Origin: an uncultured Actinomycetes bacterium
GTDB lineage: Bacteria; Actinomycetota; Thermoleophilia; RBG-16-64-13
Length of the DNA: 64,000 bases
Direction of reading: 5' to 3'
NCBI GenBank assembly: GCA_963806155.1
Contig: CAWDXC010000009.1
Location: forward strand, 198,520-262,519
The first letter of the stretch is position 1. Every line of letters begins with the position of its first letter. The notes under the pieces are model-generated. The model was not told the origin of the DNA and made no database searches. It saw only the letters and a program-made list of their open reading frames with translations. Of the stretch, positions 1 to 9,681 are shown in pieces. Made by a program: the position numbers and the translations under genes.

Positions 1-101
1 ATCCTGGCTACCTGGTGGTCGAATCGTCGACAAGGAGGAACGATGGCGGCGAAACAGAACGTCAGATTCCTGCTGTGAAGTCGTGGAGGGGAGGATGCGG
101 G

Positions 102-1076
102 ATGTCTCGCTACCTGGGCACTGACAATACAAGGATCGGCCTCAGGCGCACGGCGCGGGGCCGACGGCGGATCATCACCCTTCTGGTGGCCACTGCCTCG
201 CTGCTAGCAGTCGCTTTGACATCCGCAGCCTGCGGCGCCGCGGATCCGGGCGGCGATGGGGGCAGCACCTCCACCACGGGGCCGGACGGCTCTATCGCCC
301 ATCCCACCGGCGCGAACGAGGTAGTCATCCAAGTCACCGTCGGTGGTGGGTTCGTACCGGTCGAGTACAACTTGACTTTGGTGCCCCAGTTCACCCTCTA
401 CGGTGACGGCACCGTGATAGTTGCCGGGCCGGTCATCGCGATCTATCCGCCACCGGCACTGCCGAACCTGCAGACCACAGTCATCTCCGAGGAAGCGATA
501 CAGGCGATCCTATCGGCCGCCAAGGAGGCTGGACTCTTCGATCCCACTGTCGACTACGGGCAGCCCGGGATCACCGATGTGGCGACCACCACCATCGTGA
601 TCAACGCCGACGGCACCACCTATCGTTCGGATATCTACGCCCTGGGCATGGAGTCGGGAGCCGGAGGACTGACCCTGGAACAGCAGCAGGCCCGAGCCGC
701 CGTCAACGACCTCGTGGGCAAACTCACCGTCCTCGAAGCCTTCGAGACGGGAGAGCTCGTTTGGAAGCCGTACGAGTATGCAGCGCTGGCCGTCTACAGC
801 CAGCCGGTCGACCCGGCGCAGACCACCGACGCGACCGACATCCAGCCGAACGAGCTCGAATGGCCCCTCGGTGATCTGAGCACCCTTGGGGAGCCGGTGC
901 AGCCCGAAGGCTACAGGCGGGTGGTCGTATCCGGCGAAGACCTGGCCACACTGCAGCCCCTCTTGCCGGAAGCGACGATGATCACCGTCTGGACGAGCGG
1001 TGACCAGAAATACCACCTGTACTTCCGGCCGCTGCTCCCGGAGGAGACCGCCCTGGTCGGTTCGGCGGCTGCCTAA
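102..1076 (+). CDS. hypothetical secreted lipoprotein
   Basis: ORF 15..1076; ATG at 102 preceded by GGAGGGGAGG SD; signal peptide with lipobox LTSAAC followed by Gly/Ser/Thr-rich linker; no recognisable catalytic family. Confidence 0.6.
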   Translation: MSRYLGTDNTRIGLRRTARGRRRIITLLVATASLLAVALTSAACGAADPGGDGGSTSTTGPDGSIAHPTGANEVVIQVTVGGGFVPVEYNLTLVPQFTLYGDGTVIVAGPVIAIYPPPALPNLQTTVISEEAIQAILSAAKEAGLFDPTVDYGQPGITDVATTTIVINADGTTYRSDIYALGMESGAGGLTLEQQQARAAVNDLVGKLTVLEAFETGELVWKPYEYAALAVYSQPVDPAQTTDATDIQPNELEWPLGDLSTLGEPVQPEGYRRVVVSGEDLATLQPLLPEATMITVWTSGDQKYHLYFRPLLPEETALVGSAAA

Positions 1077-1166
1077 GCAACCAGGGTAGCGCCGGCGCGC
1101 GTGCCCGCGGCCAGACCTCGTGCTAGTCTGGCTCCAAGTCGCCGCGACCGCGCGAGGAGCGGGCCA

Positions 1167-2070
1167 ATGCCACCAGCCGTACGGACCGAAGCTCTGACCA
1201 AGAGATACGGTCTCCGGCTGGGCATCGAGCACCTCGACCTGGAAGTCGGGCAAGGCGAGATATTCGGGTTCATCGGTCCCAACGGCGCCGGCAAGACGAC
1301 CACCATCAGGTTGCTCCTCGATCTGCTGCACCCCAGCAGCGGGCGCGCCACCGTGCTCGGCCTCGATGCCCACCGCGACAGCGTGGCGGTGCGAATGTCG
1401 ACCGGGTATCTTCCCGGCGAGTTCGGCCTCGATGTGCGGATGACCGGGCGTCAACTCGTCAGGCACTTCGGACGGCTCCGGGGCCTCGACGATCTGGGGA
1501 CAGCGCTACAGATCGCCGAGCGCCTGGACCTCGACCTCGACGTGCCGATGGGGCGTCTCAGCCGGGGGAATCGCCAGAAGACTAGGCCTCGTGCAGGCTC
1601 TCTTCCATCGCCCGCAACTCCTGATCCTCGACGAGCCGACCACCGGACTGGACCCACTGGTGCAGGACACCTTCCTGCAGATGCTGCGCGAAGCCCGGAA
1701 CGAAGGGCGCACGGTCTTTCTCTCCTCGCACATCCTCAGCGAGGTGGAGCGGGTCTGCGACCGGGTGGCCATCGTGCGGGGCGGGCGGTTGGCCGCTCTG
1801 GAGACCACCGAGTCTCTCCTGGAGAAGCGGCGCAAGCGGGTGACGCTCGTGTTCAGCAGGCCGGTCGATCCTGCTCCATTCGCCCGCCTGCCCGGAGTGA
1901 GCGACCTGCAGGTCTTTGGGAACACCATTTCGCTCCGTTTGCACGACGGCATCGACGCGGTCATCAAGCTGGCGGCCCAGCACACCCTCCTCGACCTGAG
2001 CGTGGAGCATCCCACATTGGACGAGGTGTTCATGGGCTACTACGACCAGAGGCAGCCGTGGCCGGTCTGA
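1167..2070 (+). pseudogene. ABC transporter ATP-binding protein (ABC-2 type), frameshifted near 1585
   Basis: Walker A GPNGAGKTT, LSRGNRQK signature region, then frame jumps to ORF 1591..2070 carrying LILDEPTTGLD Walker B and H-loop SSHIL; single frameshift splits an otherwise complete ATPase. Confidence 0.7.
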
Positions 2071-2862
2071 GACAGATCTGGACCCTGGTCGCCTACCAGT
2101 TGCGCCGGCGGATGCGATCCATCGGCATCTGGGGCGTGGCCCTGGGCGGGTTGGGCGCGCTGTACGTGGCCCTCTACCCCAGCATGAGCAGCCTTCTCGA
2201 GCAGTACATGGAGCAGGCGCCCGAACAGATGCAGCAATACATGGGCGACATGCAGGGGCCTATCACCATCGAGCAGTGGCTGGGCATGGAGCTCATCGAA
2301 CTCGATAATCCCCATCGCCCTCCCCTTCATGGTCATGGTCATAGGCGCCCGTGCCATAGCCGGGAGCGAGGAGCGCAAGACGCTCGACCTGCTGCTCAGC
2401 AACCCTTTGCCCCGCTGACCGCGTGGTCGCGGGCGCTATGGGGACGATGGCGCTCTCTCTGGCCGGCGTTCTGGCCATCACATGGGTGCTCACCTACGTC
2501 GCCGTGCCTATCGCCGGCGTCGAGCTTGTCCCCGGGACGCCTGGCAGCCGGCCTGGCGGCGCTGTGGCCGATGTGCCTCTTCTTCGGGGCCTTGGCCTTG
2601 CTGGCGTCGACCTTCGTCCGGCGCGCCTTCCTGGCGATAGTCATACCCGGCGTCGTCCTCGTGGCCATGTATGTGATCGATGGCCTGGCCCAGGCGTCGA
2701 AGACGATCGAGCCCCTGCGGGTGCTCTCGCTCTTCCACCACCTCGGTCGTCCCCTGGAGGGGGACTTCCCGTGGACGGCGGCGCTTCTTACGCTTGCTGG
2801 CAGTATGCGTCCTGGGAGTAGCCGCCGCGGCCGCCTTCGCTCGGAGGGATATCTACACTTAA
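2058..2862 (+). pseudogene. ABC-2 family permease, multiple frameshifts
   Basis: GTG at 2058 overlaps ATPase stop; hydrophobic ABC-2 permease segments are spread over three frames (1101..2891, 2423..2821, 2680..2862) with an in-frame stop at ~2417. Confidence 0.55.
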
Positions 2863-2871
2863 GCGACGGGG

Positions 2872-4071
2872 CTAGGGTCCGATGCGGATGATGCGATCGT
2901 CTCCAGAACGCGGGTCGCCACGACCGTCGAGATTGCTCGTGGAGATGTAGATGTCCCCTTCCGGGCCGACGGTGATGGCGCGCAAACGGCCGAATTCGTC
3001 GTCGAAGAGCACCTGTTCTTCAGCCACAGCCGTGAAGTCTGCGGTATCCGTGGGAACGAGGATGCGCAGATCGCTCTCTTTGAGGGTCACGAATACAAAG
3101 GCGCCGTCAAGAGAGCTCGGGCGATCACCAGTGTAGAAGAGAGCGCCGGCGGGGGCGATGGTGGGGCTCCACGTCGCTATGGGATCGGTGAAGCCCGGTT
3201 CGTCCACTTTTCCCCGAAGATCGGGCCAACCGTAGTTCCCGCCGGCCTGCAGCTTGTTGATCTCGTCGTTGTCGGAGGGTCCGTGCTCGGTCACGTAGGC
3301 TTCTCCGGAGACCGGGTGAAAGGCCAAACCTTGGGGATTGCGGTGCCCCAGCGTGTAGATGAGTGAGAACGGATACGGCTCGTCCGGGAACGGGTTGTCG
3401 GGCGCCGCCTGACCGTCCTTGGTCATACGCAGGACCTTCCCGGCGAGCGAGTCCATCTGCTGGGCGAGGTCGCCGTCCCCGGAGTCGCCCGTGGTCACCC
3501 AGAGATAGCCGTCGGGACCGAACGCGAGTCTACTCCCATTGTGGTTGGAACCGGCCGGGATGCCATCCAGGAGCACCGTCTCCACGCCCAAGCTGGGCGT
3601 CGGGCCATCGAGTCCCTCCAGGGCAAAGCGGCTCACTCGGTTCTGCGCGTCTCCGCCCTGCGAATGCGTGTAGCTCACGTAGATGTGGGGCGGATCCGGG
3701 AAGCCCGGATCCAAGGCGAATCCCATGAGCCCGCCTTCTCCCCGGGCGAGGACGTCGATCCGGCCCACCTCCGTCACGTCACCCGACTCGACGTCCGCAA
3801 GCACGACTCGTCCCTGTCGCTCGGTGACCAGAAGCCGCCCGTCCGGCAGGAAACGCATCTCCCAGGGGATGCTCAGACCTTCCACCACCGTCACAGCCTG
3901 CAGTGCGGCGACCGCAGAAGACGAGCTGCTCGAGGGGGTGGTGGTCGAAGCAGTGGTCGAGGAAGTGTTGGTCGATCCCTGCCCGCCGGACCCGCACGCC
4001 GGCGCGAGCAACAGGAGCGCCCCCACGGCGGCGCCGCCCAACCATCTGACCACTGGGGTTCGAGATCCCAT
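2872..4071 (-). CDS. PQQ-dependent sugar dehydrogenase (soluble aldose sugar dehydrogenase YliI/Asd-like), lipoprotein
   Basis: ORF 2872..4155; motifs LPDGRLLVTERQGRV, GLAFHP, NYGWP typical of the sorbosone/glucose dehydrogenase beta-propeller family; signal peptide with lipobox LLAPAC and Ser/Thr linker; start ATG 4071 (alternative TTG 4080). Confidence 0.8.
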   Translation of the reverse strand: MGSRTPVVRWLGGAAVGALLLLAPACGSGGQGSTNTSSTTASTTTPSSSSSSAVAALQAVTVVEGLSIPWEMRFLPDGRLLVTERQGRVVLADVESGDVTEVGRIDVLARGEGGLMGFALDPGFPDPPHIYVSYTHSQGGDAQNRVSRFALEGLDGPTPSLGVETVLLDGIPAGSNHNGSRLAFGPDGYLWVTTGDSGDGDLAQQMDSLAGKVLRMTKDGQAAPDNPFPDEPYPFSLIYTLGHRNPQGLAFHPVSGEAYVTEHGPSDNDEINKLQAGGNYGWPDLRGKVDEPGFTDPIATWSPTIAPAGALFYTGDRPSSLDGAFVFVTLKESDLRILVPTDTADFTAVAEEQVLFDDEFGRLRAITVGPEGDIYISTSNLDGRGDPRSGDDRIIRIGP

Positions 4072-4178
4072 CACGCCCAAGGTATCCTGTCCCTGACCAG
4101 CTTGACAAAGTCCTCGTACGCCACTTCTTGCATCGTTGACACCTCCTCTGCCCACTCCAGGTGGCGCCCGCCTTAGTC

Positions 4179-4925
4179 CTATGGTTCGAAGGCTTTCCTC
4201 ACGTCGTCGGTGACGCCCTTCTTGAAGGCTTCGAGCTTGGCTTCACCGGCCGGGGTGATATGCAACCGCCCGCCCTCGACCCGGACGTAGCCTATGACTT
4301 CTACCTCGTCGGTGAGCGCCGCTATGAGCACGGGCGCGGCCAGCGGGTAGATCTTCTCCCGGTGCGCCGAAGAAAGCTTGTCCCGCACGTCCTCCACGCC
4401 GATGCCGTCGTTCTTCCTCACCACCTCCAGAATTGCCATCTGCTTGCGGAAGTAGGGGGAGGCCTCCCCCTTCTCCGCTAGGTCGAAGGCCTCTACCCTG
4501 AAGAGAGCCGAGGTTCGAGCATCCGGGCAAATGACCATCACCTCTTTGAGGACGTCCCGCTGGGGATTGGTGGGGTAGGTGAAAGATCCCTTGGGCAGAA
4601 GGGCTTTCAGAGTGTGGGGAGGTTCCGGGATATCCTCCGGCAACGCCCGCCAGCCGGTCCCATCGTAGTCCTTCATGCTCGCGTCTCGGGCGCTGAGCGG
4701 CGCGTACCAGAAAGGAGAGTAGTAAGGCGGCTGTACGTAGCGAGGTCCGGCGTCGTACACGGCCTCGATCTTCGGCATGAGAACGCCGATCACGTGCGGG
4801 CACAGCCGGCCGTGGAACTGCTCGCCGTCGAACACCACCTCGTCCCCGATCTGGTAGCTGAAATGACAGGGGTACTTCTGCTCGTCTCCCAAAAACTCCA
4901 CCAGCGTGGCTTTAACCTGGAACAT
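4179..4925 (-). CDS. uncharacterised protein with N-terminal TIGR04076-like Cys-containing domain and ~160-aa C-terminal extension
   Basis: ORF 4179..4946; N-term MFQVKATLVEF..YPCHF..GDEVVFDG..GRLCP resembles the TIGR04076 small-protein family; paralog at 62444..63199 (~55% identity). Confidence 0.6.
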   Translation of the reverse strand: MFQVKATLVEFLGDEQKYPCHFSYQIGDEVVFDGEQFHGRLCPHVIGVLMPKIEAVYDAGPRYVQPPYYSPFWYAPLSARDASMKDYDGTGWRALPEDIPEPPHTLKALLPKGSFTYPTNPQRDVLKEVMVICPDARTSALFRVEAFDLAEKGEASPYFRKQMAILEVVRKNDGIGVEDVRDKLSSAHREKIYPLAAPVLIAALTDEVEVIGYVRVEGGRLHITPAGEAKLEAFKKGVTDDVRKAFEP

Positions 4926-5116
4926 ATCTAGCTCGCTTCCTGCCATTTAACTCGTGGCTCCGTGTTGGCTTCGCGCACAGGGCAATTCGATGTCGGCTTC
5001 GCCTGGGTGCCGCCCTGGTATCACCTCGGTCGACCCTCGTTACTTCGCCAAGTATTAGTCGCCGGAGAACGCACTAGACTGCTCCGCCGAGGAGTTGCTC
5101 GGCATGCCAGATGCGC

Positions 5117-6195
5117 TCACGCGTTAACCGAGTCTACCAATGCTTGGACGTTCTCGAACTTCGCGTCGGGCGGGACAGCGCAGCCCTGAGCCATGATATA
5201 ACCGCCCGGGCCCAACTCCGACAGCAGTCGCCTGCAGTAGGCCCTTACCTGATCGACCGTTCCCAGGGTGAGCAGGGCAGGAGGCACGTCGCCCATGAGA
5301 CACATATGCCCGTCCAAGATGCTCTTGGCCCTAAAGATGTCGGTCTTCCCGTCGAGAGTCAAGATGCACCGAGCCTTGGGCAGCTCGAGAAGGCGTTCGA
5401 TCTCCCGGTCCCAGTTGGCGTCGCAGTGAAGAATGGGGGTGCCGCCTTCCTCGGCCACGATCTCGACGAGCTCTTTCATGTAGGGCCAGACGAATGCGGT
5501 TCCACAACTTCGGGGCAAGGAACTCCGGAGATGCGCGCCAGCTACCCACCTGGTAGCCGTATGGCCCGATCGCACGCACCGTCTGGCGGGCCTCCTCCCG
5601 CCTTTCCACCATGATGACGTCCATGACGGCCTGCACCTTGTCGGGCACTTGGTATAGGTCGAGTATGAACTCCTTGACCGAACGCCCTCCGCTGAGTTGC
5701 TCGAAGGGGACGACGATATTCGGCTGCGGTGAAGGCCACGTAGCCCCGCTTCATGCACTCCCCGGCCCAGCGCGGCCCCGCCCGCATGATCGCCTGGGCG
5801 GCAGCGACCTCTTCCTGGAGATACTTGCCGATGTACCCGCCTAGCCAGGCCACTCCAGCCCATCGTCGAGGATCCTGTCGTAGTCCTCACGCTGCATCCG
5901 CATCTGCTCGTCCATTTGCCACAAGCTGTCTTCGGGCAGGTCGCGGCCGGGCAGTTTCACGGGCGTCAGCCAGATCATGCCGAGCAGTTTGGGAATGGTC
6001 GGTGGCGAACTGGATGGCGTCCACGTCCCCCAGCTTCTCCAGGGTAGCCAGAGCGGCCGCGCCGGCCACGTCACCGTCGACCGAGTAATCCGACATCTTG
6101 AGTCCCATCGTGCGAGCCGCAAAGCTGTCGAATAACAGGCAGACCGGCACACGGTCGGGAGTACCAAGCGCGACGGCAGTCTTCAGACGGGTCAT
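5117..6195 (-). pseudogene. uroporphyrinogen-decarboxylase-family (MtaA/CmuA-like) methyltransferase remnant, at least 4 frameshifts
   Basis: URO-D-like N-term (5887..6195: MTRLKTAVALGTPDRVPV), middle pieces (5841..6167, 5542..5853, 5331..5648) and C-term (5117..5890 frame: ...ILHCDANWD...MAQGCAVPP) lie in four different frames. Confidence 0.6.
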
Positions 6196-6321
6196 CCGCT
6201 CCAGGAAGAGCCGGTTAGGCGCGAAGGCGCCCGGGCTTTCTCACCGCTGTTCTCAGCCATCTCTAGAATACCCCCAGCACCTGCTTTGGCCGCATCGGTC
6301 TTATTCCTCCTTCGCTCTGAT

Positions 6322-8064
6322 TCAGTCTTGCGGAATCACGGGCAGTAGGAGGTGAGAGGGGTAAGCCGCATTGTGGAAGACCTTGTGCAGCACGGTCTTG
6401 CTGCTGCAGACATGCGGGCCGATGTACTCCACCGCGGTTTCCCCTGCGACCCCCTCGGCCAGGTCGAGGCTGGTGATCTCCAGGCAGATCCGATGTCCCG
6501 CCTTGAACATGTTCGCGGTTGACAGGATCTCGATCTCATACTCGTTCACTTCCCCGGGCATCACCGCCTGAGTCTTGTCGGGTGTCAGGTAGTGCCAGGG
6601 GCGTCCGGGTTTGGAGCGCTCCGGGTCGATGGCCCGGTAGGAGGCCTTGAGCCAACCCCGAGTCAGCTCGCGCTCCGGCAGATCCTTGGGAACCTCGCGC
6701 TCACCCATGCGGGCCGTCTGTACGGAAACGTCCGGGCCCACATCTTTGAGGATGACGATCCAGTTCGTGTCGTCCTGGTCGAGCGAGGCGTAGAGGGTGA
6801 GGGAGATGGGACCGGCGACAAGTGTGTCTTCGGACAGGGGCGCCGTCATGTAGCGAAGCCGCTCGATCGTGTTGGTCTGAGTGGGCGGCATCTGGACGAA
6901 AGCGTCCGGCGGCTCGTTGACAAAGGTATCGGTCTCCGGGAGATGACCCTTGGTGTCGAGCTTCTCCCAGCTGTGCAGGTAATAGGGGGTCCAGACCGTC
7001 TCGGGCAGGGGCCAATCCTGCCCGGTCCGCCACTTGTTCTCCCCCATCACCCAGTACCTGACCGGCGGCTCGTCCATGATGCCGGTGTCGATTCCCTTGA
7101 GCCAGTAGTCGTACCAGCGCAGGATCTCGTCGTGCCAATCGTGGAAGGGCCGCTCGCAATGGGCTGGGGGCGTGAGCAACAACTTCTTGTTCGGGGTGTC
7201 GATGCCCATGAAATGATGCTGGGCGCCCTGCCAATGCATCTTGTAGGTGTACGCACCCTCGAAGGCCCCGGTGCAGAAGGGGATCTTGATCCTGCTCAGC
7301 CGCTCCTCGGCTTTCGCCACCGCGTCGGGAGTCTCAAAGGGGAAGACAAGGGTGTAGAAGACGGCCGGGTCGCGCTGCCCCTTGAGGGTCAGGATATTGT
7401 AGAGATTCACGTACATCATGTAGTCCGGGTTGGCCATGGCCGACTGCCAGGCCTCTTCGACAGGCGGGGGAAGCTCCGGCGGCGTGTCGATGATCGTGTG
7501 GAGGCTGTTGTTCAAGCCCAGGTGGTAGAACATGGTGCCGATGACCCCGCCCGGATGCGCTTCGCGGAAGCCGATCGGCCCTCCGTACAGCCCGGTGGCG
7601 TCAAGGGGGAAGATGGCTTTCAGGGCCGGGTGCTGTTGCGCGGCCGCCTTCCATTGCTGTCCTGCGAAGCCGGACAGCCCCACCATGCCGATGTTGCCGT
7701 CGCACCAGGGCTGGGCGCAGATCCACTCGAACATGTCGTACTCGTCCCACTCGCCGCCCTCTTCGGGCATACCCTCCGACTTGTGCCCACCGCGCACCTG
7801 TCCGATGACGTGCACGTAGCCGTTGGCGACGAAACGCTTGCTGTCACCGGCTTCGATGATGCCGTACCACATGGTGGACCAAGCCGGCTGGCCGACTTTG
7901 AGGTTCTCTGCGACTTCGACCCGCTGCAGATCCTTGTTGTGCATGGCGGTGGCGTAGAGCACCGGATACCTGCCGGGCGCATCCGGCCGGTAGACATCCA
8001 CCATCAGCTTGACGCCGTCGCGCATGGGGACGGGAACGTCGTACTCCTTGATCATGCCGGGCAT
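6322..8064 (-). CDS. CocE/NonD family hydrolase (S15 X-Pro dipeptidyl-peptidase-like alpha/beta hydrolase)
   Basis: 580 aa intact ORF; GGGAGGG SD 7 nt before ATG; N-terminal region and 580-aa size typical of the CocE/NonD family; paralog at 9682..11445. Confidence 0.8.
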   Translation of the reverse strand: MPGMIKEYDVPVPMRDGVKLMVDVYRPDAPGRYPVLYATAMHNKDLQRVEVAENLKVGQPAWSTMWYGIIEAGDSKRFVANGYVHVIGQVRGGHKSEGMPEEGGEWDEYDMFEWICAQPWCDGNIGMVGLSGFAGQQWKAAAQQHPALKAIFPLDATGLYGGPIGFREAHPGGVIGTMFYHLGLNNSLHTIIDTPPELPPPVEEAWQSAMANPDYMMYVNLYNILTLKGQRDPAVFYTLVFPFETPDAVAKAEERLSRIKIPFCTGAFEGAYTYKMHWQGAQHHFMGIDTPNKKLLLTPPAHCERPFHDWHDEILRWYDYWLKGIDTGIMDEPPVRYWVMGENKWRTGQDWPLPETVWTPYYLHSWEKLDTKGHLPETDTFVNEPPDAFVQMPPTQTNTIERLRYMTAPLSEDTLVAGPISLTLYASLDQDDTNWIVILKDVGPDVSVQTARMGEREVPKDLPERELTRGWLKASYRAIDPERSKPGRPWHYLTPDKTQAVMPGEVNEYEIEILSTANMFKAGHRICLEITSLDLAEGVAGETAVEYIGPHVCSSKTVLHKVFHNAAYPSHLLLPVIPQD

Positions 8065-8117
8065 GGCAATCCCTCCCTATCGAGTACAGGGGTATCTGAG
8101 AGTCACCTGGCCGCCGC

Positions 8118-8432
8118 CTAGCCGGCGGCGGCTTCTGCTTTGATCGCCACGAGCAATCCGGAGGCCCGTATCTCGTCATAGATATGGCCGAAGGCGGGCA
8201 CCGTCGCCAGGGCACCGGTTGAGTGAGCGCTCACGAAGCAGATGGGAAGCTTCTTCGCACGGAAGGCGGCCAGAAGATCCTGGATGCGATCGATCATGCC
8301 CGACTCCCGGATGGCGACGATCGCGTCGGAGCCCCAGTTCGGGATCATGCTCTGCTCACCGGCGAGGCCGTTCTGCATGTGCATGAGCACGAGCGCCGGT
8401 TTCCCCGGCATCTGCCATTCCTTCATCCGATG
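8118..8432 (-). CDS. isochorismatase-family (cysteine hydrolase)-like protein, possibly truncated N-terminal remnant
   Basis: 105-aa segment MKEWQMPGKPALVLMHMQNGLAGEQ... resembles the N-terminal ~100 aa of isochorismatase-like hydrolases but lacks the C-terminal ~80 aa; upstream part of ORF 8118..8777 is non-coding-like. Confidence 0.35.
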   Translation of the reverse strand, partial: HRMKEWQMPGKPALVLMHMQNGLAGEQSMIPNWGSDAIVAIRESGMIDRIQDLLAAFRAKKLPICFVSAHSTGALATVPAFGHIYDEIRASGLLVAIKAEAAAG

Positions 8433-8508
8433 AACCTCCCCTGCTGTGCTTCGTAGAATGAATCTTTGAATTCGCAGAGCAAGCCTATTAAAGTGGTGCC
8501 AGTAGTAT

Positions 8509-9399
8509 TTGTCAAGCAATACCAGCATATGTGTTACACTTGGCTCACCTGATGAGTCACTACTACAGGGAACGGCTGAATTGAGGGACACCCAGCAGGA
8601 ACTCGAGCAGAAGGATGCAGGACGAGTGGCCACTGCCCAGAACGGGGGCGGAGTCCGGGCGCTGGAGCGCGGTCTGCAACTCATCAAGTGCTTCGATATC
8701 CAGCACCCAAGCTGGCGGATCGCCGACCTCGCCAGGGAGGTGAATCTCCACAAAGCGACGACACGCAGACTGGTCAAGACGCTTGAGTCGGAGTCATTTC
8801 TTGTCCTCGATCCTGATTCCGGAGAATACCGGCTGGGTTCCGCGCTTCTCCCGGTGTCGTATGTCGTCCGCTCTCACAACGAGCTGGTCCGAGTGGCCCA
8901 CCCATTCCTCGAGCAGTTAGCCGCCCGCACGGAGGAGACAGTCGGGCTCGCCGTATGGACGAGTCGCGGCATCATGCACGTCGACCACGTGTCGACCGTC
9001 CACTTCTTCAAGCCAGTGTTGATAGCCGGCAATGTCTCGACCACGTACGGCACTACTCATAGTAAGATCCTTCTTGCCTTCGGTCCCGAAGAACGGCTGT
9101 CCAAGCTATCCATCGGCGACCGCGCTGCCAGCCTGACGCTGGCCGAAGCTGCGAGACTGCACGAGGAACTGCAGAAGGTGCGCGAGTCGGGGATCGCTTA
9201 CGACGTCGAGGAGAGAGCCAGGGGTGTCTGTGCGGTTGGCGCGCCGATCAGGGATGGCTCAGGGGAGGTCGTCGCTAGTCTCTCGGTTGTCGTTCCCACC
9301 GACCGCTTCGGGCCGACGGAGCGCGAGTCGGCGACGGATGCGATCAGGGAAACGGCGATAGCCATATCTCGCGAGCTGGGGTTCAAGGAGGAGAGATAG
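8509..9399 (+). CDS. IclR family transcriptional regulator
   Basis: HTH (IADLAREVNLHKATTRRLVKTL) plus IclR effector domain; only ATG in frame is 8509, true start may be internal. Confidence 0.8.
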   Translation: MSSNTSICVTLGSPDESLLQGTAELRDTQQELEQKDAGRVATAQNGGGVRALERGLQLIKCFDIQHPSWRIADLAREVNLHKATTRRLVKTLESESFLVLDPDSGEYRLGSALLPVSYVVRSHNELVRVAHPFLEQLAARTEETVGLAVWTSRGIMHVDHVSTVHFFKPVLIAGNVSTTYGTTHSKILLAFGPEERLSKLSIGDRAASLTLAEAARLHEELQKVRESGIAYDVEERARGVCAVGAPIRDGSGEVVASLSVVVPTDRFGPTERESATDAIRETAIAISRELGFKEER

Positions 9400-9681
9400 C
9401 GGATCGTCGGACTATCAGTCCGGTGGCTCCATCGGACTGATAGTGAGATAGGGCCCGTTTCCAGCCGTGACAGCTAGTGACGGGCCCTGACGTTTCCCTG
9501 CAAAACTCGGTCTTGCCCAGATCCGTCCTGACTGTTCGTGACGCTCCGTCTTCAGCGGTTCGTTTGCAGAATGTTTGCAGAATGCCAGCATGAAATGGCC
9601 CCTCGCGACCCGATTTCCTGGCCGCCAGAGCGCCTCCCGACCGAGCGACTATCTCTGGGCAAGGGAGAGCCGGTTTTCTGC

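Noticed and set aside
4055-4080. GGGGTTCGAGATCCC tRNA T-arm-like motif
   Set aside because: Lies inside the PQQ-dehydrogenase signal-peptide coding region. No acceptor, D or anticodon arms nearby.
6592-8121. 509-aa ORF on + strand
   Set aside because: Entirely antisense to the well-supported CocE/NonD gene. Composition is Arg/Gly/Pro/Leu-rich as expected from high-GC antisense. No motifs.
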